NCBI GenBank assembly: GCA_002269645.1
Contig: NIVC01000114.1
Coordinates: 434,001 to 498,000 of the forward strand
DNA length: 64,000 bases
Origin: Macrostomum lignano
Lineage: Eukaryota
Direction: 5' to 3'
Each line of letters opens with the position of its first letter. Position 1 is the stretch's first letter. The notes below the pieces were generated by a model that searched no databases, was not told the origin of the DNA, and saw nothing but the letters and a program-made list of their open reading frames with translations. Positions 52,401 to 64,000 of the stretch are shown here, piece after piece. Position numbers and translations under genes: made by a program.

Positions 52401-53020
52401 AAGAGCATTGGCAGAGTCCGGGACAGAAGTCTCAGTCAAAGGTAGAAGTTTTCTATGCCGTTTAGCAAAGTAGCGCCGCTTTCTCCAAGCTTTGATGACG
52501 TCTTTGCTGGATGCGGATTTTTCCTTCTGATCTTCGGATTGTTGCTGCGGCAATTTCTGACAAGAGCCGTCAAATTTCAAGGCAAACTGACGCCGCCAAT
52601 GCCCGCCAGGAAGTTGCGGTTGATGCAGCTTGGCGAGGCAGCCATAAATTCTAATATTGTCATTGCCAGTTCGGTCAATGTCAAAGCTTTCTGGCACCTC
52701 ACTGACAGTAACGGACTCGCTGTCCGAGTCATCTGGCTCTCGTTTTGCACTCTTAGGCTTCTTTTTCGAAGTTTTCTTGTCTTTCTTGTATTTTCTCTTT
52801 AGCTTTTTGTCAGCAGTTGTTGAAGAGGAATGAGGCAGAAACTCCGATGATGCGGTAGTTGCGGCAGCGGCATTGTCACCCGGCCGATAGCTGTCATAAA
52901 CAGTCGCAGCTGAGCTGACACTTGCAGTCAGTTCGGCTATGGATTTAGCAAGCTCAGCATCATTGGAAGCTGGGAACAGAGCCAGAAAATGGGAATCAGA
53001 GTTGTTTAATATGGGTTTGC
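48424..53020 (-). CDS. NRDE2: NRDE2-like nuclear exosome/RNAi regulator, multi-exon; start codon not located
   Basis: ALFPA near the N-terminus; LFLDYCLYLERCGLIERAIASFQAIIEF, FEAFWSSGAPRFGDVSSRGW and DRLVAFDDVRACLIRL match recalled NRDE2 motifs; helical TPR/HAT-like downstream exons. Confidence 0.82.
49367..49503. repeat. (GTA)n microsatellite with CAG/AAT variants
   Basis: Visible directly; likely intronic in NRDE2. Confidence 0.95.
51340..51620 (+). mobile_element. tRNA-derived SINE, copy c, antisense in an NRDE2 intron
   Basis: TAGTGGTTAGAGCG A-box, GGTTCGATTC B-box and the shared 3' body (ATAGCTGCGGCTGAACTGTCGGTTGCACATCTG). Confidence 0.75.
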
Positions 53021-54098
53021 TGTAGACACAAGTAAAATAGAAAAGAAGTGACTTCAGACGAGTCTAAAACGACTAAATTTCGCGGTATAAGTCGTCAAAA
53101 AAGACGTCAGTCGCCTAGTAGTAATTTTGAGACGTTTTATCGTCATGCCATGCCATGCCATGCCATGCCAGAGTCGCAGTTAAATCACTGAGTTGCATCT
53201 AAGGAGCATCTGCCATCTGCGTCAGTTTATAAATTATTTAAAATTGCATTTCGCATTTATAAAACTCTATTTAGTCTACTTGAGTTAGTAGAAAGTTAAG
53301 CGCTAACAAGACGACTCTTAGACGACTTTTTTGCGACTCATTTACGAATCTGCAACTCACGTGATGCGCTCCTGACTCAAAAGTCCTTTGAGTCGTTAAA
53401 ACGTCTCAAGAGTCACCGAATGAGTTGTTTTCAATGAATCTAACATTTTTTTGTAATACTAACGTTCTGAACAAGTTGCTAATGTCCTAGAAAAGAAACC
53501 AAGTCAAAACAAGTTGATTAAAACATAATTTTTTTGGTTTATTGTTGTTTTTATAGAAACTTTTGCAAGCTTTTATTTCAGTAGAACAGTCTGGAACAAG
53601 AGAACTTTTTGGGTGATTTTTCGACTTTTTTCACTTTTTGGGTTATTATTAAGGCTGGCCTGACAGGTTTGAAAAAATCTACAAAACAGAGAAATTGGCG
53701 AGTTAGTAAAATTCTAACAAAAATATATAGAAAATTCATTTAGTGAGACAATGACTGACAGACACGAGGCAATCATCATGACAGATTATTATGTTAACTC
53801 TTATTCGCACGGAGCATCCTCTGGTTACGTTTGTCTGAATAAGCAGTTAGAAAATCGAAAATAATAATATATATAAGCAAAAACTATCTTTGAAAAAAAC
53901 ATATGCGGTTCAAACAAAGGATCGCACGGGAATAATGTAAAAAATAGCAGAATCAAGTGGCAGAATTACCCGATGATAATTGATCGTAATAATACAACGT
54001 TAAAAAGTCGTATGCGCAGATTTTAAGGCTTTTAATAAGAGCTTGCACCGGTTCAGTGCGACAGGTAAAAATCTGTTATGATGATGGCAGTGGTTAAG

Positions 54099-54545
54099 CA
54101 ACTGAGGATCTGGGAGGCTGGCCCAGCAACTGAGGATCTGGGAGGCTGGCCAAGCAACTGAGGATCTGGGAGGCTGGCCCAGCAACTGAGGATCTGGGAG
54201 GCTGGCCCAGCAACTGAGGATCTGGGAGGCTGGCCCAGCAACTGAGGATCTGGGAGGCTGGCCCAGCAACTGAGGATCTGGGAGGCTGGCCAAGCAACTG
54301 AGGATCTGGGAGGCTGGCCCAGCAACTGAGGATCTGGGAGGCTGGCCCAGCAACTGAGGATCTGGGAGGGTAGCCTAGCAACTGAGGATCTGGGAGGCTG
54401 GCTCAGCAACTGAGGATCTGGGAGGCTGGCCCAGCAACTGAGGATCTGGGAGGCTGGCCCAGCAAGCCAGGATCTGGGAGGCTGCTTGCCGAAAACTGAG
54501 GATCTGGGAGGGTGTCTACTAACCACCAGGGATCTGGGAGGCTAC
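54099..54545. repeat. 28-nt minisatellite, ~16 copies
   Basis: Unit CAACTGAGGATCTGGGAGGCTGGCCCAG. Confidence 0.95.
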
Positions 54546-54639
54546 TCTGCCATCAGTCTCGAGTATCCAGAGAAACATGACACGCAGTAAATAAAGCTAC
54601 GATAAAAGTTGGTAAAAAAACAACAAAAAGCCGGTAAGT

Positions 54640-56975
54640 TCAAAAGAAATGAATCTCCTTCTTATTGGCAGCGGAGGCCAGTATCTGACCATTCTTCAGC
54701 CTGAGCACGCAGCTGTATTTGACATCGGACCATTGAATCAGCTTGAACTCAGGCGGATTGCTAGACCCACCAGAATCCGGTACAACACACGGCTGTCGGA
54801 GCACATACAGCTGACCAGTCTGCAACCCGCCGCCGCTAGTAAACACCAGATCGCCGAACGGGTCCAATTGAAAATGAAAAAACTTCCGCTTGATCTCAGG
54901 CAGCCTGGCTGGCAACTGCTCAGGCTGCTCTTTCAAAATCACCAGGTGACAGGGCTCAACTCTGGCCAAGACTGTGCCATCTTTAGCGACTGCAATTCGA
55001 TCAACTCTAGCCAGCGAGTTGTGCTTGAACACCCGGACAACTTGTCCAGTGTCGCAGCACACGCTGCACACTCGCCGGTTGCGAAAGTCAGCAATGTACA
55101 CCCGGTTATTGTCGGTAAGGAAGGTGCCCAGAGGATTGTCCAAGTCTAAGCCGCAGCAATTTGTCACCAGTAGTTTATGACTGCCGTCAAGTGTGGTCAC
55201 GAGTACCTGATTGATTTTTGACAGACTGATGGCAAGCAGTTGGGTGACATCGTTGGCTGCTATGTTGTAGTTGGGGGACACGCTGGGGCCGGAGCCGTCT
55301 GGCATCTTCATGTCGATGTTGCCTTTGTAACTGCCGTCTACACCGTATGCCTTCAGCTGGGGGAGTGGGTTGTTGTTCAGTGTCAGTGCCACTTTCCCTT
55401 ATCCCAGTGCCACTATCCTTTTTCCCAGTGCCAATCTCCTCTATCCCAGTGCCACTCTCCCCTATCCCAGTACCACTCTCCTCTATCCCAGTGCCACTCT
55501 CCTCTATCCCAGTGCCACTCTCCCCTATCCCAGTGCCACTCTCCCTTATCCCAGTGCCACTCTCCCTTATCCCAATGCCACTCTCCCTTATCCCAATGCC
55601 ACTCTCCCTTATCCCAATGCCACTCTCCCTTATCCCAATGCCACTCCCCCCTATCCCAGTGTCACTCTCCCCTATCCCAGTGTCACTCTCCCTCCTATCT
55701 CAGTGTCACTCTTCCCTATCCCAATGTCACTCTCCCTTATCCCAGTGCCCTTTTCCCCTATTTCAAGCCCAAATAAACAAGAGCTTAGCAACCAACCTTA
55801 GTATGCGGCGACACTCCCTCCAAGATTAGAATAACCTCATCCGGTAGTGCCTTGAAGGATGCCTGTTCGCCAGCAGCCGCCACAGTACGAGCCGAGAGGA
55901 CCATGCCTCTACCGTACAGGTAACCCTCCGTGTTGGAGCACACGGTCAAGCTAACAATAGACCCAACTACAGTGAAATAGTAGGTAAATTGCTGCGGAAA
56001 ACTTGAATAATATTTAGATAAAATTGCTTTAGTTGGCGGGCCCGGCCCTAGAATGCTAGGCGTAGATGGGATCTGCTGCTGTTGCGGCTGCGGCTGTTGC
56101 TGCGGCTGCTGCTTCGGTTTCTCCGGCGTTGCCATGGAAACCACCATGGTATCAGAAACATTATTAACATCAACACAGACTGACAATCTAGTTATCAGCT
56201 CATCAACTTCGGCTGAGGTGCCTTCCAACTCTGGCCGATTACTAAAACTGCTGTTACTCGCAGCAGCTGACGAGCTCTGCTGGTCATCGTCAGTGCTGAA
56301 TTTCAGTGCCAAGCAGTTGACATTCATTATTGTGCGACCAAGCAGAGCCGCGTCTGTAGCGCTGGCGGCTGAGACGGTTAGGGCCGACTTCATTGCTGCG
56401 AACTGTTCGCGAGACGAGTGAATCAGATCGGTGCGATTGGCTACCTCGGAGTTGATTAAGTCCAAGCGGTTGTTCACCTTAGCCAGGACTGCGGCTAGAG
56501 ACGCCTGTGGATTTGACAGGGGGTGGCAAGTATGTTACTCTGACAGACACGACAAGACAGATCAGACAACACAGAACCCCATGAAAACGGTACCCAGGCC
56601 AAGAAGCGTCCTAAATTCACTTGCATCGCCCAAGAGTCGGGTAAACTAACTCGAGACAACTCTAAAACGACGAGATGTCGCACCGCTTCGTCGCATCACA
56701 GTCGTTTGAGTCGTTTAAAGTCACAAGATTCGCCCTAGACTTACCCCAGGGAGACAAAGAAACAGACAGATGCGCATAAATATACGAAAACACGTATAAG
56801 CAATAATACAAACTCATATCCTACCTGAGCATGAGTCCATTCAGCCTGCGCATTCAGCAGCTGATCCATTCTGTCTTCTTGCTTTTTGAGCAACGGTTCC
56901 AGTCTGAGAAGATTGGCGTAAGTTAGGGATGAATGATTTAATATATTTAAAACATAAGGGACATAGGGAGAGTGA

Positions 56976-57019
<44 letters not shown>

Positions 57020-57542
57020 ATTGGGCTGAGGGAGGGAAGGCTGGCCAAGAGGGATATAAAGATAGAGTGTACATTGGGGTGAGGGAGGGACGGCTGGCTA
57101 AGAGGATAGAGAGTGTACATTGGGGTGAGGGAGGGATGGCTGACCAAGAGGGATAGATAGAGAGTCTGTACCTATTAATAGCATCGTTGGTTCGCACTTT
57201 AAGCTTCTGGACATGCTGAACAGTGCACGGGCCGCACAGCGGATGGCGGCAATGCCGACAGACTTGCACGGCAGGTCCTGATCGTCCGCACTTGTCACAA
57301 GCGTTCAACAAGCTGGCAGCATGTTGCTGCTGTTGCAAGAATCGTTCAACAATATTAGCGAGAATAGTGTTTCTAGGCGGATTGCCGGAGCCGATAGGGC
57401 CGCGACAGTTGGGGCACACTGGCTGGTTTTGACGCCACTGAGCGATGCAAGCCGAACAGAAGGAGTGACCGCATGGCAGCACTCGGGGATCGGTGTACAC
57501 GTTGCTGCAGATTATGCAGCTTAGATCCTCTTCGTCTGCCAT
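54640..57542 (-). CDS. TRIM-NHL-like E3 ligase (RING, B-box-like, coiled coil, NHL-type propeller); about four exons
   Basis: C3HC4 RING CIIC...PCGHSFCSAC...CPNC; CDKC...CRHC...LCGPCTVQH; a coiled-coil exon LEPLLKKQEDRMDQLL joined in frame by GT-AG; NHL-like LDNPLG...VYIADFRNRRV. Confidence 0.8.
55385..55750. repeat. 21-nt intronic minisatellite, ~16 copies
   Basis: Unit ATCCCA(G/A)TGCCACTCTCC(C/T)(C/T)T. Confidence 0.92.
56978..57018. repeat. (GT)n microsatellite
   Basis: Visible directly. Confidence 0.95.
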
Positions 57543-57685
57543 TGTGATGAGCCTATTATAATTAACTACTGCTCAATCTAAGACGGTACTATTGAACTAC
57601 TTATAGTAGAAGCCGATTAATTTGACAGTCATGAAATATCGAAGCAAAATTAATCCATTAGTAGCCATTCTTTACATAAGCGATT

Positions 57686-58770
57686 TGAGGCGATTCCTAT
57701 GGTGATTTGGGGGCGATTCCTATGGTGACTGGGGGCGATTCCTATGGTGACTTGGGGGCGATTCCTATGGTGACTTGGGGGCGATTCCTTTGGTCATTTA
57801 GGGGCGATTCCTATGGTGACTTGGGGGCGATTCCTATGGTGATTTGAGGGCGATTCCTATGGTGACTTGGGGGCGATTCCTATGGTGACTTGGGGGCGAT
57901 TCCTATGGTGACTTGGGGGCGATTCCTATGGTGATTTGGGGGCGATTCCTATGGTGACTTAGGGGCGATTCCTATGGTGATTTGGAGGCGATTCCTACGG
58001 TGATTTGGGGGCGATTCCTATGGTGATTAGGGGGCGATTCCTATAGTGATTAGGGGGCGATTCCTATGGTGACTTGGGGGCTATTCCTACGGTGATTTGG
58101 GGGCGATTCCTATGGTGACTTGGGGGCGATTCCTATGGTGATTTGGGGGCGATTCCTATGGTGATTTGAGGGCGATTCCTATGGTGACTTGGGGGCGATT
58201 CCTATGGTGATTTGGGGGCGATTCCTATGGTGATTTGAGGGCGATTCCTATGGTGACTTGGGGGCGATTCCTATGGTGACTTGGGGCGATTCCTATGGTG
58301 ATTTGGGGGCGATTCCTATGGTGACTTGGGGGCGATTCCTATGGTGACTTGGGGGCTATTCCTATGGTGATTTAAGGGCGATTCCTATGGTGATTTGGGG
58401 GCGATTCCTATGGTGATTTGAGGGCGATTCCTATGGTGACTTGGGGGCGATTCCTATGGTGACTTGGGGGCGATTCCTATGGTGATTTGGGGGCGATTCC
58501 TATGGTGATTTGGGGGCGATTCCTATGGTGATTTGAGGGCGATTCCTATGGTGACTTGGGGGCTATTCCTATGGTGATTTGGGGGCGATTCCTATGGTGA
58601 TTTGGGGGCGATTCATATGGTGACTTGGGGGCGATTCCTATGGTGATTTGGGGGCGATTCCTATGGTGATTTGGGGGCGATTCATATGGTGACTTGGGGG
58701 CGATTCCTATGGTGATTTGGGGGCGATTTCTATGGTGATTTGAGGGTGATTCCTATGGTGATCTGACTAT
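57686..58770. repeat. 23-nt minisatellite, ~47 copies
   Basis: Unit GGGCGATTCCTATGGTGA(C/T)TTGG. Confidence 0.97.
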
Positions 58771-59599
58771 GGTGATCTGAGGGCGATAACTACGGCAATT
58801 TAGAGGCGAAAAAGTACTAAACAAAATAATAAATACGCATATTGTAGTTTGTTATTCATAATAATAACCTTAAGCTTCTTCATAACTTTATGCGTTGCAG
58901 AAATCAATAATTATTATAGATTTGAATTTTGTAGCAAAAACATTTAATCAAAAGAAATCAATAAACTGAAATTTTTAAACTGAACGCGTAGTTTTACTTT
59001 TAAATTGATAGAAAAACACTGAACTTGTTGATTTGTTTGTTCTTTATCAATAAAAAGTGCAACTGATTCTTAGAATCCTTCTATTCAACAGTTGATTCAA
59101 TCTGGGAAAATAACACTAGTTATGAAGAATTAGAAACTTGATTAATAAAAACAGTGGTTTATCATTCTGTTTAATAGGTCCGGAATGCAGATCATAATAT
59201 AAAACGCGTAAGCCCCACTAGCACAACACCTGTCTCCAATATCGACATGTCATTACAAAACACACAAAGAAAAAAAACGAAAAACGACAAAAGCGCGCAC
59301 AAGCAGGACCTTAAGCAGAAAAAAAAACTGGCATTCTTATCAATAATCAATAGAGAAAATCACATTACATTACATGGGAAGCGAATCAAGTGACATGGGC
59401 GCTGGTTTGGGACGGAGTAGGCGGCGTCTCATGGAGTTAGCGGGGGACTGAGTGACAGGTTGATAATCTGCGCGCAGCCTGAATGAATGTTATAAATTAG
59501 AGATTGGTTGTTGTAGACGAAGCTGACTTGTAGTAACATACGATCAATAAGATCAGGGTGGAGGCCTGATGCTTAAAAATAAAGAAAATAAGGTACATA

Positions 59600-60010
59600 T
59601 GCTAGCTGGCGGAGTGAGGTGGGTGCGCACGGAATGGATAGAGAAATGAGGTGGTGGGGGGCTTGTTCGTTAAGGCAGTATGGCAGAGTGGGGTGGGTGC
59701 GCACGGAATGGATAGAGAAATGAAGTGGTGGTGGGCTTGTTCGTTAAGGCAGCCTGGCGGAGTGGGGTGGGTGCACACGGAATTGAGAAAAATGAGGTGG
59801 TGGGGGGCTTGTTTGATAAGGCAGCCTGGCGGAGTGGGGTGGGTGCGCACGGAATTGAGAGAAATGAGGTGGTGGGGGGGCTTGTTCGTTAAGGCAGCCT
59901 GGCGGAGTGAGGTGGGTGCACACGGAATTGAGAGAGAAATGAGGTGGTGGGGGGGCTTGTTCGTTAAGGCAGCCTGGCGGAGTGAGGTGGGTGCGCACGG
60001 AATTGAGTGG
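59600..60010. repeat. ~70-nt G-rich tandem repeat, ~5-6 copies
   Basis: GGCAGCCTGGCGGAGTG(A/G)GGTGGGTGC(G/A)CACGGAATTGAG...GAGGTGGTGGGGG units. Confidence 0.9.
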
Positions 60011-60482
60011 CGGGAGCTTCCTTGCTAGGGAAGCCTGGTAAATTTAAGGAGAAAAATGGGGTAGTTTGTCGCGTATGAAAGAAAGATAAATGGTTTATTC
60101 GTTTGTACATGTATACATGTATATATGTTATTGAATTATTGGCCATAAATCTGAGAATAAGTGCATGTAGTATTGTACCACTAGTATTATATGCAATGTA
60201 TAGATCAAATAAGTACACAAAATTGTTGATATTAATACTAAAAAACAATCCATCAGATAAAGATTAGGAATTTGTGTCAATGTGTCGTTCGCTGACCGAT
60301 GCAAATTAAAATCTACTTAGTAAGCAACATCAATAACAATACACATATAAGAGTAAACGCAGCGTGAAAACAACACAAAACCGTTCGATTTAAAATGCCC
60401 CCGCAAGTAACAGGCGCGAACATCGGTTTTGTCATTGTGCAATTAATGTGTTATTAGCAGATTAAGAAAAATAAATCAAATT

Positions 60483-63400
60483 TTAATTGCAACAACAATC
60501 AACAGCGTAGGACAGTTTAGAATCGAAGAACTGCAAACTCCTACTGGGGAGCGGGGTGGCCATTCTTGAACCGAAGGCAACCACCGGTTGCGCTGAACCT
60601 GTCCACTCGGCGATAAAGTCCAACAGAGACAGCGTCAGGGCTCGATTCGCTCGCAACAGCGGGGCCTTATTTCGCTCTGACAGAAGTTCTCGTTCGATCA
60701 GGCCCTGACAGACCGCTGCGGTGACGCCACTGTCGAATAGCGGCACGCCAAAGTGCAAATCAAGCAGGGTGCAACCGTTGCTGGGGGCAGATTCGCATAG
60801 CAACGTGATGTAGCCGCATTGGCACTGGAGATCCAGCTCAGAGAATAGGCGAGACACCAGGGCGCCTTGATCGCCGGGGAGTTCAACAATCGGAGTTGGA
60901 AATGGGACATTGGTCTGCTTGCAGTCGCTTGCGTAGCCTGGGGATTTGGTGTTTAGTTGCAATTGTGGCATCTGCGAGACCTAATCAAGCGTCACCCAAC
61001 CAACATGCGGCAGACCTTAAGTGACACCCACACTACCTGAACCAGACCCTAATTAGCGACACCCCAACTGAACCAGACCCTAATTAGCGACACGAAGACC
61101 ACCTGAGTCAGACCCTAATTAGCGACACCCACCCCACCTGAATCAGACTTTAAATCAACCCCCAACAATTCACCTTGCACAAGCACGGCAGAAATAGTCA
61201 AAGCATCGTTCACTGTAGCCAAAAGGTTACTAGCCGGAGTCTCGCTGGGATCGTGACCCCAGGCGGTCACTAGGAAAGTGTGAAACCGTCTTAACTGTTT
61301 CGGCAGCTTACTCAACCGAGTACCCTTAGCCAGCAGTAGCGAAGGCGGTCCACAGCCAGTCAGACAATACAGAAACAGTTTAAACCAGATGGAATTCACC
61401 TCGGGAATGGGCGGTCCCAGATGCAGCGGATTGCACATCATCACAGTTCGATCCTCCTGGCTGATGGGCGCCATGGACAACAGGAAGGCATAGTTCTTGG
61501 CTAGAATCCGACTCCGACTAGCTGGTTCCAGACTCAGCAGAGACTCAGTGCGCAACAAATCCAAGCCTAATCCGCCGTTAATCTTCGGATTATGCCTCAG
61601 CCTGGCTACCGTGTCTCTCAGATTAACCGCATGCCAAAAATACCTGGCCACTTCGCCTTCGCCAATATCTTCAACTTTGTCTAACTCAGCTAGGAAGCTG
61701 TCCATGCTCTCCTCGCTTAGCTTGCCAACTTCAAACATTGTGACGGCGTGATTCTTTAAGCCTGGCGATAAATTGCCCATCATCAAGTAGGCTGTGAGAG
61801 TTGAATCGAATAGGAAAGCAATTTTTAATCGATTCGATGATCCACTATTTGATGTTGCGTCGCTGTTGCTGACGGCTGATGCTGGATCTAGGGCAGTCAA
61901 GTCCGCACTGCCGGTGGAACCCAGACGCGGATGCTGCCCGGCAGAGCCCGAAGCATTCGCATTCGCAGTTGCCGCATTTGTCAACGGCGGCGGCAGAGAA
62001 GCTCCTGTAGGATTCAACAACGAAGGCCCATTGGCGTGATGCGGCCGGGCCATTGTTGGCACCCCGATCCAGCTGGGGTGACGACCGCCATTGGTGAGAA
62101 TTGAGTCACCACTGCCTGTCGAAGCTGACGCTTGCTCAATGTTCACCGATGCTTGAGACTCGGCTCCAAGTGATGACTGACCAGCAGAGGTGGCGGAGCC
62201 TACCGGGGACGGCAGCTCTGAATTTGGCGAAGTCTTTTTGAATGCAAAGCCAAGGCGACAGAATAGCGAGATGGCCGTCTTTACCTGAGGTTGTTAGAGA
62301 GTGGGGTGAAAATGAGTTGGTGGATGCTTGCGAGCGTACTTGGCCAAAAAAGCGAGTGTATAGTTCAGCAGAAAATGGGGCGCTTGGCTGGCGGAGAATG
62401 GATTGGTGGGTGCTTGGCTGGCGGAGAAAGGATTGGTGGGTGTTGGCTGGCGGAGAATCGGGTGGTGGGTGTTGGCTGGCAGATAATCGGGTGGTGGGCA
62501 TTAGCTGGCCGAAAATGGGATGGTGGGTGCTTGGCTGGCCGAGAATGGGATGGTGGGTGCTTGGCTGGCGGTGAATGGGGTGGTGGGTGCTTGGCTGGCG
62601 GAGAATGGGATGGTGGGTACTTGGCTGGCGGAGAATGGGGTGGTGGGTGCTTGGCTGGCGGAGAATGGGGTGGTGGGTGCTTGGCTGGCGGAGAATGGGG
62701 TGGTGGGTGCTTGGCTGGCGGAGAATGGGATGGTGGGTGCTTGGCTGGCGGAGAATGGGATGGTGGGTGCTTGGCTGGCGGAGAATGGGGTGGTGGGTGC
62801 TTGGCTGGCGGTGAATGGGGTGGTGGGTGCTTGGCTGGCGGAGAATGGGGTGGTGGGTGCTTGGCTGGCGGTGAATGGGATGGTGGGTGCTTGGCTGGCG
62901 GAGAATGGGGTGGTGGGTGCTTGGCTGGCGGTGAATGGGGTGGTGGGTGCTTGGCTGGCGGAGAATGGGGTGGTGGGGTGGTTGGCACCGTGGCGGTTAT
63001 TTTACAAGCAAATAATAAAATAATAATCAAGCATCCAACCATGCTGAGATCAGCCTGAAGCACACTAGCCAGCTCCTTAATAGTGGTATGCTCGTCAATT
63101 GATATGAAAATCTTATAGAGCAGATTTTCAAACGAGTCACCAATTACTCGATTCATCACGAAGCCTTCTAGTGTGGGCACAACAATGCAATCTTCATCGG
63201 CAATTGGTATGTCTAAATAGACGAAACCTTTCAGGTAGAGCGACTTAAGCAGGTGATAATCAACTGTTCCAGCAACGATTGGGCCGCCGTTTCGATCGAT
63301 CAGGCTGTCAATCAGGCGCCGCTCGATGGGAGTGCACACCTGGATGTTTTGATTGGGGATGATCTTTGTATTAGTGGGGTAGTTAAAGCTTCTCAGGTAG

Positions 63401-64000
63401 TAATGGATGGTTTAAAATTGACTTGTTTAGGGGCTATCTGAGAATTCATAAACTATTATAGTCCAGTGGTGATTCTTTCAGGATTATTATAGTTCAAAGG
63501 CGATTGTCAGATGATTGTAATTTAGGGGCGATTCTTACATGGTTTTCAAAGTTCAGGGGCGATTCTTAGATGATTGTTATAGTTTAGGGGCGATTCTTAG
63601 ATGGTAGTTATAGTTTAGGGGGGATTCTTAGATGATAGTTATAGTTCAAGGGAGATTCTTAAATGGTTGTCGTAGTTCAGGGGCGATTCTATTTAAGCGC
63701 TTACTAATCCTATTATTCAGTGCTGATTGTTTGACATGAACAAAAAACTCAGAACGCTCACCTGAATAGCATCATTAGGCACGTATCCCACATGCACCAG
63801 CCACCAAGGCTGTATGACCACATCCTCAATAGGCTGATGCGGTAGGAAATCCCTCACACGCCTCTTACGAATCTCTAATCCCAGAATTCTTCTACTCGAT
63901 CGAGTCTGATTCATCACCTCGATGTACTGATTGCGACCAATGCCAAGGATTCTGACACAATCAGCCGCTGTGAAATTTGGCAAGCAATCGTAACTGCGCT
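60483..64000 (-). CDS. FAM91A1: FAM91A1-like protein, partial (5' end beyond the window); four exons visible
   Basis: [15 protein letters not shown]; [30 protein letters not shown]; [36 protein letters not shown]; LHFGVPLFD. Confidence 0.93.
62350..62990. repeat. 30-nt G-rich intronic minisatellite, ~20 copies
   Basis: Unit GCTGGCGGAGAATGGGGTGGTGGGTGCTTG. Confidence 0.95.
63500..63695. repeat. Degenerate ~32-nt intronic repeat
   Basis: Recurring GGGGCGATTCTTAGATG...TATAGTT units. Confidence 0.75.

Noticed and set aside
53050-53420. Imperfect inverted repeats upstream of NRDE2, with a similar motif at ~56650
   Set aside because: Too short and degenerate to define a MITE; no termini or TSD could be fixed.
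62136-63058. Pro-rich [10 protein letters not shown] extension of FAM91A1 and Gly/Trp-rich plus-strand ORFs
   Set aside because: A GT donor after ADLSM marks the intron start; the rest is a 30-nt intronic minisatellite.

Overview
This is animal genomic DNA with spliceosomal introns and many minisatellites; Macrostomum-like flatworm is a guess from style only. The left 45 kb is an innate-immunity-type cluster with three ankyrin-repeat + cGAS-like (Mab-21/cGLR) nucleotidyltransferase genes of one shared exon plan, plus one truncated fragment. A Ngaro/DIRS tyrosine-recombinase retrotransposon (7029-11341) lies between copies 1 and 2. A complete 16.8-kb Polinton/Maverick (26183-42982; ~412-bp TIRs, AGTAGT ends, TCATTT target duplication) sits inside intron 2 of copy 3. 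Besides integrase, penton, MCP, protease, ATPase and pPolB, this Polinton encodes a TATA-binding-protein-like protein and a tandem PC4-like protein. Its pPolB appears spliced to an exon of Trp-acidic repeats. Three core genes carry single lesions. The right part holds minus-strand host genes (RBM34, NRDE2, a TRIM-NHL gene, partial FAM91A1), SINEs, a hAT-type MITE and many tandem repeats. All calls come from motif recognition and manual splice/frame checks; no database searches were run.
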